Assembly (NCBI GenBank): GCA_001662655.1
Contig: KV460268.1
DNA length: 64,000 bases
Strand: one strand, 5' to 3'
From: Pseudogymnoascus verrucosus
Taxonomy: Eukaryota
Both the position numbers and the translations under genes were made by a program. The notes beneath the pieces were generated by a model that saw only the letters and a program-made list of their open reading frames with translations, was not told the DNA's origin and searched no databases. Shown one piece after another: positions 10,700-23,117 of this stretch. How positions within the stretch are numbered: position 1 is the first letter of the stretch; every line of letters begins with the position of its first letter.

Positions 10700-12076
10700 C
10701 TATTTCTCGGATAACCTCCTGAGCGCCTTCTCCGCATTGGAAACACCTTCCTTAAACCCAATCACCTTAGACAAGGATTTCGCTTCTTCGTACTTGAGCC
10801 TGGCAGCTGCAATATCCCCGTCCATTTCGGCGAACTCGGCAAGATTGTGGGTTGCCACTGCGCAGGCGAGATCACATTCTTCTGTCCTTTCTGGGGGGGC
10901 AATATTGGTGGCTATATCGATAGCCTTGACGGCCCAGGCTCGGGCATTCGCTACGAGGGTTGGCCGGGACACAGGGGCTTGACCTGGAGTTGTTGGGGCG
11001 TTTTGCTGAGCGACGGATATAGAAAGGTTGTTCACTGCGGAATGGTCAGTCGAGAACTAAAACTGGGGGAAGAAGAGTGCTTTACTTAAGACAGCTGTAT
11101 GGCACGACTTTGGCGGAGACATGTTGATTGCTTGTAAGAAAAGTGGCGATGAGAGATAATGCTGGTCTCGGCTCTCATAGTGATTTCCGAGGGCTGCAGA
11201 GTGTCAACAGGGATCCTGGCTTTCGACCTTGAATCAACATACCTTCGAATGATCCCCCTATTTGTTCAGCGTTAAGCCACTCGCCTTCATCTGGCTTGAC
11301 ACCTTCTTTTTCTCTCCTCTGTAGCTCCTTTAATGTCGCTTCAACAGCCCAAACCAACTTCTCCTCGGCCAATTCTGGCTCTTTGACATACTCCCCAGCA
11401 TAAAGTTCGCCCAGCTTCACAGTAATCCCAATTGTCTTTCCTAGGACCCTCGTCCTTTTCCCAGCATTCTCGGGTTTGTCTCCAAATTCCTCGATCCACT
11501 GCAAGCAATCGCCCCGGACGATCTCGAGAACCTGGATTGCCTTGTGATATTTCTGGATCTTCTCCATAAATGCTGCTAGCTGGAATTTCACGCCGAGGAT
11601 CTCGTCGGAGAAAGGGTCCATGCCAATATCTTCCGCGACCCGAAGTGTCTTTTTGTAGAATTTAATCGCTTGGTGTGGCTTCAGGTCTTGGTTCGTAAAG
11701 TATAGCGCCTTTCGTAGCTCTTTGGCTACCGGTTCCGGGAAGTTGTGGAAGGCTCCAATTATGTATGAGTTATAGAAATAGTTCGCGTACATGAGGCCGC
11801 CAGCGCCGCATAGAATACTATTGTCTAATCAGTGAAGTCCTTAATATCGGATCGAATGAGGCCATACAATACGGTAGCGAGGCTGACGGAGTACGGATAG
11901 GCCTTGAATAGCTTTTTCGCAGCTCCATAGGTTGAGCCCTGGCTACTTTGGAATCGCCTTTGCCGGAGTACATCTTGTATGGTTGCTCTTGGTGCACTTC
12001 GTACGGGGAGCTGGCGCAAACATCTCGTAGTAGACAGGCATGGCCTGGCAAGCCCTCTAATCCCCGATGCAATCAT
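10700..12076 (-). CDS. Mitochondrial TPR-like membrane protein, Mgr3-like (i-AAA protease adaptor)
   Basis: Arg-rich presequence, one TM segment, FPEPVAKELRKALY motif and TPR-like helices; 4 exons join in frame. Confidence 0.7.
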
Positions 12077-12380
12077 CGTATGTGGTAATCCCCGAATCTC
12101 AATGCTGGATAGCTATCGAAAAGCTTCACCTGGATGGAATTGACGCCTATGGCTTTACTAATATACGATGGACCTAGCCCGTCATTGTCCAATCCACCCA
12201 TAGCTGTTACAGCCTGATATATGAGGCTACAAAATGGCAAACAATCTTATCTGATCGAACAACCCCCACCATACGCCATTCTGGACCTCGGGCTTGTGAT
12301 ATCGAAACGTCTACTTCGCCGTTGGCTCCTTACTTACTTTCAAACCAATATTTAACCTTCGTATAACAGAATAACCAACA

Positions 12381-12955
12381 ATGTCTGGAAAATTCGAGCC
12401 AAAGGAGCCGGTCAATCTGAACCCTCCAAAGGACGACCCCATAACTGTGGAGCATCTTTCAAAGTGCAATGGCAAGATACCCCGCGCTTCGCAAGTCAGT
12501 TGCAGCTGGAAATAACTAAGCTAACAACTCAATAGGCACTGACGGCTACCCGTGTTACGTTGCTATCAAAGCAAGTTGCTTCGCCCTCCTTACATCCTCA
12601 GTTTCTAACAGCATCAGGGTGTCGTTTTCGATGTGAACGGCAAAGAGCCTTACCTCCCAGGCGGTTCCTATAGCGGTACGCAGCCTCCTTCGCACTCTCA
12701 TCACAGTGCAAGCTTCCAAAGTATGCGCCCCGGCTTCCTGCGTTGCTAATTTATTCCACTGCAGTCTTCTCCGGCCACGATGCATCCCGGGCCCTCGCGA
12801 AAACCTCCACCAAGGCGTCCGACGTCTCTCCCGAGTGGTTCGATCTGGACGATAAAGAGAAGGGCGTCCTGAACGATTGGTACACATTCTTCAGCAAGCG
12901 CTACAATATTGTCGGCAAAGTCGCCGGCGCGACAAACTTCGATCCGTCGCTCTGA
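12381..12955 (+). CDS. Cytochrome b5-like heme/steroid-binding protein (MAPR/Dap1-like family)
   Basis: Exons 12381-12471, 12536-12570, 12618-12675 and 12765-12955 give ...KCNGTDGYPCYVAIKGVVFDV...PGGSYSVFSGHDASRALAK...LNDWYTFFSKRYNIVGKV. Confidence 0.9.
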
Positions 12956-13849
12956 TTTGGCGGTAACGCTTACAACGCCTGCTCGGTCCGAAACGCCATT
13001 TTGTCATATTCCGACACCTACTTGCGACTGATACCCCAGTTCCCGAAATGCAAGGATCTCTGGAGTTTCAGATTCCTATTCTCGGTTCCAGAACGAGGTT
13101 TATACATCTCCGATCCCTAGATCTGTGTTACATAGTCTCCCGACACAGGCCTTTGCCATGGCATTTGATTACGGGGGAAACCGGCGAGACTGAGGTTGCA
13201 CCATATCCCGCATTTCTGCCTCTCGCCATCCTCACTATGTCTCTGAGCATCGTTTCTGACGTTTCACTTTTGTTAATTTGGCCTGGCGCAGGTAGCCGAG
13301 GGGTTAATGGAGGAACTGGGATCTCGTGGGAAGCTGTTATAGCTCCGATTTCGAAAAATTTAGAAGGACATTCCCAATTGCATGGCACACTCACGTAAGA
13401 CCTCACATGTGATAATGCAGCGACACCTCGTGCTGTGCTGCACTCTCCATTCCGTCACCGGTCCGAACGTCATCGTCGGGCCGTTGTAACATTCCCATCC
13501 AGCTTCGGAAAGCACCATGCACTTGACACACAGTCATAAAAGTTGTGTAATATGCGAATGTGATCAAAAACAGACCTATTACCTGATATAACTAACAATA
13601 TTGACGTGTGCACACTGACAAACCAAACTAGACATTACAGCCCACCCAGCACAAACCGCTGCATATCAAGAACACTAAACAGCAGGGTATTTTGCAGGAT
13701 AGTGCAGCTTTACGGCCCTTCCTTTGAAAACGAAAACACGCTCCTCCCGAAACGACCCGATCGCATTATCATGGCCAGAGGTCAGTCGACCCACCACCCT
13801 CCATAACTTCCCGATCTCGACACCCACGGCAAGCATCAGTGCCTGTCAG

Positions 13850-14059
13850 TCAACCCCTGTTCGCGGGTAGTTCTTGGCGCGCCCCCGACTGTGCTTGGGT
13901 CCGGCAGTCTGGGCAGATCCCGGCTTGCTGCCAGACGCGCTTGAGGACCTTGACGCTGAAGCACTGATGCAGATCGTCCACGCGGGCTGTGTGGCAGTAT
14001 GATGAACGGCGGATGGGACTGTGGCCGCAGGTGAAGAGGAATTGTTCGTAGTCACACAT
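13850..14059 (-). CDS. Small Cys/His-rich protein (69 aa), putative metal-binding, uncharacterised fungal type
   Basis: MCDYEQFLFTCGH...YCH...QC...CPDC pattern, with ATG in CATAATG context and no signal peptide. Confidence 0.65.
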   Translation of the reverse strand: MCDYEQFLFTCGHSPIRRSSYCHTARVDDLHQCFSVKVLKRVWQQAGICPDCRTQAQSGARQELPANRG

Positions 14060-17000
14060 TATGGATGATGGCGAGGGGCTGCATTGAGTTTGTTTCAGTA
14101 TGGGGTTATCAGAGTTTGGAGAGTTTGGTCATGGACTGGGGACGCTTTGAGGACAGCGGAGAGAGATGTGTTGGGTGATTGTGAGAGGTGGGAGATGAGA
14201 GGTGAGAGGTGAGTGCTCATTCATGGGTTGCTGTGCAACAAGAGGGCAGTGGAGGGAGCATGGAAGAAAGACATGAAGCTAAAGGGGACTGACGCTGTAC
14301 TCGAAGCTTCCTTCTAGTTAGGGCTGGGGATAAATGTGGTTGCACAACACAAGGCAGTGTGTCCGGTGGCGTTGAGAAGCTGCTGGTGGCGAGCTAGTGA
14401 GATGAGATTCGGATCTTGTACTCCTATTACTTGTAAGCAGTGGTGGTTTGTGGCAAGTTCGATTTTCAAACTCACTGATGAGAATGATTATAGTTGGTGA
14501 GTGAAAGCAACTTTTCAACAGAGAAGTATGTGCTGACTTGAGCTTTGACGAGGAGAAAAGAGAATATTCTATAATGTGAAGGAGTTATTGGATGAAGTGA
14601 TGGAAATGATAAAAATAAGAACGAAAATGAGAGTACCAAGCCTGGCTCTTTATAGAAAAACTCCTCGGTCTTCACAATATGGGTGGGACCCATTGGGTAA
14701 CCATAGGCATGTCCTCCAATACTCACTATATGCATCTCATCGAAAACGACGACGGCGTATGCAACGAAAGCTGAGAAGACGCAGCCTTCATCCAGAACAT
14801 CAAACAGCCCCATAGTTCGACTTGCAGTTGGTCCTCTAACCATACTCCCTGACAACTTGCATTGTTTTCTTTTGGCTGCTCATCCCAACCAGTTTGTGTG
14901 ATGCATCGTGTGGGCATGTGCATACCCACACGCACCAAAGAAGATTATTCTGGCATCTCTCATGGGGGCTGCTGGAGATGCTCGGGTACAATCACGAGAA
15001 CTACCATGCTCTAATGGACCCAGGTCTGGGCGAGATAGCTGAGGTGTAACCTTTATGGCCGTCGAATACAAACATCTTAGGCATTACTTTTACCAAGACA
15101 AATTTATATAAATGCTAGATGAGAGTCTCTTGAGCCGTTTTTAGTTATTGAAGTTAGACATGATAGACACGATATACACGATCAAAACGAATCATTACAA
15201 ACGATCATTAAGCCCATGCCGCAGGAGCAGGGTTCGGGGCACTGCCGGTTTCACCAGGCTTTCTTCCCCGGTCCTATCGTTGCTTGTACTAGAAAGCAGG
15301 AAGGAAGTGGCCGTCTTCCGCGGGTGCTGCGATCGGGGGATCTGCACTTGTGCGATCTGCTAGGCGCAGCACAATAAATGATATATGACAGGTTGGATGG
15401 GGCTATTTAAGAATTAACCATGCAGTTTTTCGGCCCGACCAACAACGTTGGCTGTTGGACCCTGCGGATCGGATGGCTTCGGGACAAGTCATAGCACCCG
15501 ATTAAATATTGTTCCCCAGTCCTGGGATTAAGGTTTTCTTGGTTCTGATATATATCGCTGCACCAGACGTCAACACTGAGATAGCCGATGGCGCTCGTGG
15601 TGGGAAGGGTCGTAGTTACCTTGCAGGTATTTATATGCACCTGGTAACCTGTCCCCAGAGCCGGGGACCACTGCCTGTCTTACCCCTTGCCAATATTTGG
15701 GCAAGGACATCATTTGTGGATCCCCGCGGTTGGGGGACAGAGATCGTACCACACAGTACGAGTGGTGAAGCAATAAGAAATGCCGTGCAGCGATAGACGC
15801 CATGGCCGACAAACTAGGCCTCTTGCATTGATGTGCGACCTACATGGCACGCACATTACCCCGGCAGTGCAGCGATATATGTCACGGCACAGCGGGCCCT
15901 GGACGCCGATGGAGCTCATTGGAACATCCAACACAAGGCTCTATGAAATGGCTTTATGGCTTTCGAGCAGAGCTAGGTGTTGTATGGACGGCAGTCACAC
16001 GGCAGTGATCTACTGCGGACATACATGCTGATTCAAACCCTGAAAATCCCGCCAAGGGCTCCAGATCCTCTCAGGACTGTATTATACAACTCTTAGTTAG
16101 CATGATGAGGTTGGGAACAATCGTATGTTTGCCGACATGCATTCACAGAGTGAGGATGCAGCATGTCATCCTGTAGTGGCATCAAACACGTGCGATGTCG
16201 GGCATTGACGGTCAGGCTCAAGAGCTAATTCATACCAACGGATATGGATAACAGGATCGAACTAAACTGAGTTAATTGGCCAGAGGAATGTGATTCCCAG
16301 TGCATCAAGACAGGGTTATGAAGAACCTGGCTGAAGATCTAGATCTTTCAAAGGACGCACATCGTTTGCACAAGAAGGTTTGCCACTGCGACAGTGGTAC
16401 AAGCGTCAAACATTGAGATTTGAGCGGACAATTAGTCTTAGTCGCCGCCGCTTGTGTTAAAATCACACAAGTTTGTAGCCCAGCAACTTTCTTCTCCCTT
16501 TTTAAAAAAGAGGCTAGAAAGTTTAATGGGTGAGGAAGAAGTCTTTTCAACGGGACACTGGTCACACATCGCTATTAAAAGAGAGCCGCGATACGATTAT
16601 GTCGATTCTCAAAAGGATTGATATTCACGGCACGCTAGAACATAAATTCCGGGGTCTTAAACATCCCTGTTGGCTCAAAATAGTGTTTGATAGGTCGATA
16701 TTATCCGCTTGCGCCGATCAAAACGAAAGGTGCAGATTACGTAGTAAATTGACTTCTCGGGAGTCAACTGGATACAGTCTTTCGGGGTAGGAATATAGAA
16801 TTTCTCTTTCTCCGTGGTGCATCGGGCTTTGATTACGGGCTATTTGCGACGTATTCGTATAATAATGTGTTCGGTTAGGGGCGAAACTGAAGCTTTGGAG
16901 TGTCGATACACAGTTCCCAGTGGGTGGTACTGTGTTGTAGGTATGTAGATTTCTTCACCTGCCGTGCCAGTGTTTTGTCGCAGAAAATCTTCAGTGGACA

Positions 17001-17349
17001 GCACTACCGTTTCCTCTATATGGCGGACAAGTGAGACCCGAGGTATGTTTTGGTTAGGAGATCTACAAAGTATGTCTTCCACTTTTGGGAAACAAAATCC
17101 TACGTGACGTTCCACTATCACGTCCCAACGAGGACGACAAGGCTGGGTTAGCTCGACGAGATGAGACAATCGCCGAGATTGGTGCAAGACCCGGGACGGG
17201 GAACGGGAACGGGAAAGCTGTCTGCAGCATCCGTGCACGCACCCCTGCTACGGTGGAGTAGACTAGGGCGATGGGTGTGTGTGCATGGCCAACATCATCA
17301 ACACTTTCCCAATGACATTCCTCACTAAAACTCCCAAGACCAATATACC

Positions 17350-19059
17350 ATGACACAAACGGAATACGAGGGTTGTGCCCCTCTCCCTACACCAGAATCT
17401 ACAGCATCGTACTGGCACAAGGAACCGTCAAAGATTCTCCTTAACCACCGAACTACCGAGGACCTGCCACCTGTTGTGGATGTGGTGGTTGTTGGGAGTG
17501 GTATCGTGGGTGCCTTTGCAGCATGGCGTCTGTTGCAAGATGCCCAGGATAATGGGCTGAGTGGAGCGCGCAGTAACGTGCAGAACGTCTTGATGCTTGA
17601 GGCCAGAGAAGCTTGCTGGGGTGCTACTGGAAGGGTAGGTTCGGTTCTCTCTCCCTCTGGGTCGTAATGGCACACCGGTTCGTGGATGGTTTCGCAGCCG
17701 ATAAATGATTCGTGCAGAAAAACCTATCCCGAAAGCCACATTCCTACTGTCTTTGCATCATTCTCCTATCATCCACTGCTGTGCATCTTGAGCATTTACT
17801 GCTTGGCAGTTTTCAAGTCTCCTGTCGTATCTAGCACACTGTCACGTACAATCTCTAATATCTACCAGAATGGAGGCCACTGCCAGCCGAAATTATTCGG
17901 CCAGGCCCCCCATATCTCTCGCTTCGAGCTGGATAATTATACCTTTTTGAAGTCCTTCATCAAGGAAAATAATATCCCGTGTGACTGGGAGACAGTCGAG
18001 GGCTGCAAATCATTTTATTCCAAGGCGATGTTCGACATGGCAATCTCTGATTCCGAGGCATCAGCTAAGCTTGATCCAGAGTTAGGCAAGCTAATGACGC
18101 CCATTAGGCCAGGTGATGCGAACCCTTCGTTGAAAGACGTTAGGTTAGGAAGTGCATCCCTGGGCGCTTTGGTGCAGAAACCTGCTGCAAGCCTCTGGCC
18201 GTATAAGTTGGTAGCCTGGATGCTTGAGCAGCTACTTGAAAGAAATGGCTCATCACCTGAAGTATCTTTTAATCTCCAAACCAAAACGCCTGTAACGCAC
18301 ATCCAAAGTCTTGCAGACGGCAGGTGGATGGTCCATACCGACAGAGGAATGGTTGCCGCAAATAAAGTCTTACTAGCTACGAATGCCTATACATCGCATT
18401 TACTACCACATTTTTCGGATCTCATAGTTCCCGTCCAGGGCCAGATGAGCTCCTTAATACCCCCTCCTTCCATATCACCAAGTACCGGAAAACCTCTAAG
18501 CTACACGAATTCATATGGCTTCCTTGGAAACAAGAGCCAGAATTCCAACCAGGACGATTACCTAGTACAGCGGCCTTTCCGCGAAGTGGACGGGAAGTTA
18601 TCTGGAGGCGAACTCATGTTCGGCGGTGGCCGTGGCCAAGCCACGATTTTAGGGATGGGCGTCGCGGATGACACAACTATCGACGAGGCAGTTGCTCACT
18701 ACCTGCGGACCGAGCTGAATAACGAACTTGATCTGGACAATGACAATACAGAGCTCAAAGCCTCTTACGAGTGGACGGGCATAATGGGCTTCAGTCGAGA
18801 TGGCAGGCCTTGGTGTGGCGAGGTCCCGATTGGGATGGGAGGTGGAGAGGGGTTATTTATCTGCGCCGGCTTCACGGGACACGGTATGCCGACTACAAGT
18901 CTGAGCGCTAAATACGTTGCGGATCTCATGATGGGGAAGCAGGAGAGCGATTTCAAGATTCCGGAAGAGTATATTGTTTCCCAGTCGAGGGCAGCTATAT
19001 CAAGGACGTACACCGAGGTGGTGATGGTAGATCTGCAGCCAGATGATTATCATTGCTAG
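17350..19059 (+). CDS. FAD-dependent oxidoreductase (DAO family)
   Basis: VVVVGSGIVG Rossmann motif, LEAREACWGATGR|NGGH across intron 17635-17868, WTGIMGFSRDG and AGFTGHGMP. Confidence 0.92.
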
Positions 19060-20065
19060 GATATCCACGAAATAGCCCGACGAGAAGAGATAGTTGATAA
19101 TTTGAAGCATATATTCCACTTATTTTTTATTCGTCATCCTTATAAGTACGCCCACGCCTGATTGAACGTCGTTTATCCGCCTTATTACAGCGCAATCCGT
19201 ATTTGGCGTAGTACACCAGCGCGAGTATGCGTGCGGTTTCTTCTTCCGCACTCTTGAGCTGTGATCTTTGTCTTTCGTCAATGGGCTTTGCTTTTGTCAG
19301 AAGATATCGAAATCCCTTTGTACTCGCATTGCAGCGCATATTGTCTCCGCCAAGGCCCATAGCTTGTAATCTGATGGGCCTAGTTTAGATCTAGTAACAT
19401 AGATTTTGAGGAGTTCGAATGTGGAAGGGTATTTTTCTTTGCAGGCGAAGTTTTCTTTCATTTTAAAGGATTGGTGGCTGTGGTTTTATCTTCCTGGGAG
19501 TTTTGGTACGCTTCTGTTCGGTTCTCAGCAACCTCAACCGTGTCGGTTTCGAAACTATAGAAATGTCTCCTGAGATTCTCAACAAAGCCAGCTACGTCGA
19601 TTTGTCTCCTTTGTACGATTTCCGAGGGCTAAGGAATGGGCTGGGTCTCACGTTGATTTGCAATAACAAGACAACGGTAGCACTGTCTCGATTCTGTGGT
19701 CTTCGCGAAGCAAACAAAGACCGCTGTTATCTAAATTTCTGTTAGCTCAATATAATTTGAGGTCCCTCTGTCTTTTCATGATGCCGTTTTCAGCCAGTTC
19801 CTCGCTCATCTACAGACAAAGAAGGAGGTTATAGGAAGAAGAGCCCGACTTAACATCAACACAGCATCGTCTTGCCCATATCGTTACTCACATCATTTAA
19901 TTTTTTAACTCTGTCTCTTATATTTATAAATATACACTACTCATATCAATCTTGTCAGGCAATTGATCGACGTTCTTTAGTTTGTTAATATAAGAGGCAT
20001 TACATGCACATTGGCCATAAAATTTTCTAGTAACAGCCTTACTCAAGGTCAGAGGTACTGGCAAT

Positions 20066-20813
20066 ATGCCTCAAGATAAAATACAAGGGGTAAGGTTCAC
20101 TGACATTATGAAACGTAGCGTATTTACACTACTGATATAAGCGTTAGGAACTTGCCCTCGACATATGGGAATCTATGTACAAAGAGAAAACCGAAACTCC
20201 CACAATGATAGTCCAACAGATCATCGAACATCACAACGTCATAACTCGAGAAATGGAAAAAATAGCTAAAGAAGAGATTGCGATGCTCCAAACCCAGTTA
20301 AATGATGCGCAAAAGCTGGCAGCACAACGAGCCAAGAAAATAAAGAGCTTGAAGATGGCAGCCAAACTCTTAGTAGCTGGCCCACCAAAGGACACGGAGA
20401 GTGCGCCATCGACATTCGACCCGCCGCAGGACCCATCAAAAGAAACTTGGGAGGCTACTATGAACAATATTGGCGCAACAATCCATCTCCTCGACGCCGA
20501 GGAATTATACCAGAAGGGGGACATCAGAGGCCTCGTCGAAGTAGCACAGAATGCCGTGACGTGCGCTGCGAAGCAGCTCGACAAGAAGCTTTTGGCCGAT
20601 GCTTGGATCTGGCTTGGGACGGGCTACTGTAGCAGGGCCAATTTGAAAAGTGGGGTTGAAGCATTTAAGATGGCACTCGAAGTCTTGAAAACTTTGGACC
20701 AGAAGGATAAGGAGGTTGAAAGCATGAAGAAACTGATAGAGACGTGGCAGAGTGATATCAAGGAACCTGAAGCCAAGTTTTCTGCACTGCTTCTAAAAAT
20801 TCAGAGCAAATGA
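20066..20813 (+). CDS. Hypothetical protein, N-terminal coiled coil plus TPR-like helices
   Basis: Exon MPQDKIQG, intron 20090-20147 (GTAAGG...CTGAT...TTAG), then an open frame through the 212-aa ORF containing ADAWIWLGTGY...AFKMAL. Confidence 0.6.
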
Positions 20814-21178
20814 ACGTTTGTATGCAGATTCTGTGGGACGTTGATTTTGAGAAGCGGGCGATATATCTCTTTTAATACATAGTCAGGAACGATTGCCACC
20901 ATTATATAGATTGAAAGTTATATAATGTATTCAAAGTTGGTCTTTCTTGCCAAGTTGTACGCCACCGAGCGTTGCCCAAAAATCGTGGAAAGAAGCTGGT
21001 GCGCTAGCGTGGTTGTGGGGTATTACAGTAGCTCAACGCTAAGTTAGCCCAAAAGCGTAATCTCACGTCACTCGTCTTGCGGCGTAATCGATGCCAAGTA
21101 TTTCTGTGCCTGGCCTATTTCCATGTTTGAGCAACATAACTTCTTAGCTCCAAGAGCTGTAGAATTCCTCAACCCAAC

Positions 21179-22341
21179 ATGAAGGCCATATATGCGGTAC
21201 CGGCGACGGTGCTTGTCGCGTACAGAGCTTATTCGCATAAATCGTTGACGCCAGCCGGTATTGTCGTCGCTGTCCTGACAGCTATTGCACACGCGGTCCA
21301 CCCATGGAATCTACCATTTGTGCTTCTTATTGTGTTTTTCTTAGCTGGCACAAAAGTCACCAAGGTATGTTCACTCCATTCCAGCAAGCGCATGTGGTCT
21401 AATTATCTTCATAGGTTAAGAAAGAGGCAAAGGAGAAGCTCACCATCCAAGCCACCGGCGGTGCTGGGGGAGAAGGGCCGCGGACATATGTGCAAGGTAT
21501 GTTGGAAGCTTCGACCCATACCCTACGTTGATAGTTGCTGATTCTTCGTGTAGTCCTCGCCAACTCGCTGGTCGCGACCGTCCTCTCTCTCCTCCACGCC
21601 TATACCTTATCCCGCGAACCAGAGGCCTGCTATGGATGGGGCCGCACGCTCCAAGACGTCATCCCCATTGGCATAATTGCGAACTACGCCGCCGTCGCAG
21701 CTGACACTTTCTCTTCCGAGCTCGGGATACTGGCTACGCAGGACCCCCGCCTTATTACATCACCGACTCTCCGACGGGTGCCTAGAGGAACAAATGGCGG
21801 GGTGACACTGTGGGGATTATTTGCTGGGTTCCTCGGCTCCTTAATCGTTGTTGTCACAGCCCTTTTCTTCATGCCGTTTTGCCCCGTACAACAAGGACCT
21901 TATGGCAATACACTGTCCAGCCTTGAAGGTGGCACAGGATGGGGCTGGGAAGAGAAGAAATATCTCGCCATATACCTTACGATCTGGGGGGCGCTGGGTA
22001 GTGTTCTGGACAGTGTCCTCGGCGGACTGTTTCAGCAGAGTGTCAAGGACACGCGGACGGGCCGTATAGTTGAAGGCGAGGGTGGCAAGAAGGTGCTTGT
22101 GTCCAAGGCAGATCCAAAGAGCGTGCACTACAAGAAGACGGCAGAGGTTAGAGCAACAGTATTTGGCCACGAGGGGAAGAAGGGCGTACCTGCTCGGCCA
22201 GAAATGGAAGAGTCGCATCCGACGAGGGTAGCTGAGTCAGGATGGGCTATTCTTGACAATAACGAGGTTAATTTCTTGATGGCGGTGAATATGAGTTTAG
22301 GGGCAATGATTATTGCTGCCCGGTATTGGGATATTAAATAG
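21179..22341 (+). CDS. DUF92/TMEM19-family integral membrane protein
   Basis: HKSLTPAG, GPRTYVQVLANS, AADTFSSELG, VPRGTNGGVT, DSVLGGLFQ and LDNNEVN motifs; 2 introns. Confidence 0.92.
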
Positions 22342-22629
22342 GTAACGCGCCTAGAAATTATTATGATGCTGTTGTTTTATAGTTCCGGTGCCTGCGCTGC
22401 CTGAAAAAATTGTTTATAGAAGAAATTTAGCAAAAACATTTTAATAATATTTTCTTAAATTTCTATGTAAAATAATTATATCACGGTCTTCGAAAATATT
22501 CTACCCATTTGAATTTGGACAAGTTTAATTATTTATTATCCCCCTATCTACATATGTGCCCTCTCAAACCGTTCTCTCTCTGTAATGGACGAACAGACAT
22601 GTCGACGCTATGCTAGGTGATGCTGTTCT

Positions 22630-22670
22630 CCCCCCAAAAAACCCCCAAACCCCAAACCCCAAACCCCAAA
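22630..22670 (-). repeat. (TTTGGGG)n-like G-tract repeat
   Basis: Five C-runs of 4 or more separated by A3-A5 on the + strand. Confidence 0.8.
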
Positions 22671-23117
22671 CTCCAGTTCCGGCTCTAACTCCCATATTCC
22701 ATGCCGCGAGGGTATACCATGCCTCCATTTGTGATGGTCTACATGCCCACGTGCATGAGTCCTATTCTATTGTACAAACACCCGGTAGAACGTAGAAGGT
22801 AATAACCCGGACGCCTGGCGTCGCAGCCTGAATCTGCCATAATGATGTTTTCCTAAACCTCCCCCATATAGCCACCCGTACTCTCCAGTCAGATAAAGAC
22901 GGTGTAATGTGCAGGTTGTGTGTGGATCAGGCGGGTTTGTGGTACCAGCGCGGTGTGGGACACTGCAGATATATAATCGATGTAATCCGCGGCACGCTGC
23001 ATCTGCGTCCTTAATAGGGGAGCGGATAGACGGGTAGCGACCTGTTGATACAAGCGCAAGAGGAGAGCGAGGGAATGTGTGTTGAACGTCCGATGACGTG
23101 ACGAAGTGTCTCCTCAC

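Noticed and set aside
12676..12764. Stwintron or 14-nt micro-exon within intron 3 of the cytochrome b5-like gene
   Set aside because: The internal CAG...GTATGC would need an intron of about 31 nt and would break the frame. The single 89-nt intron gives the family sequence.
13770..13852. TGA-CTG readthrough context after the small Cys protein
   Set aside because: The extension ends in DLWP, with no PTS1 or other recognisable signal.
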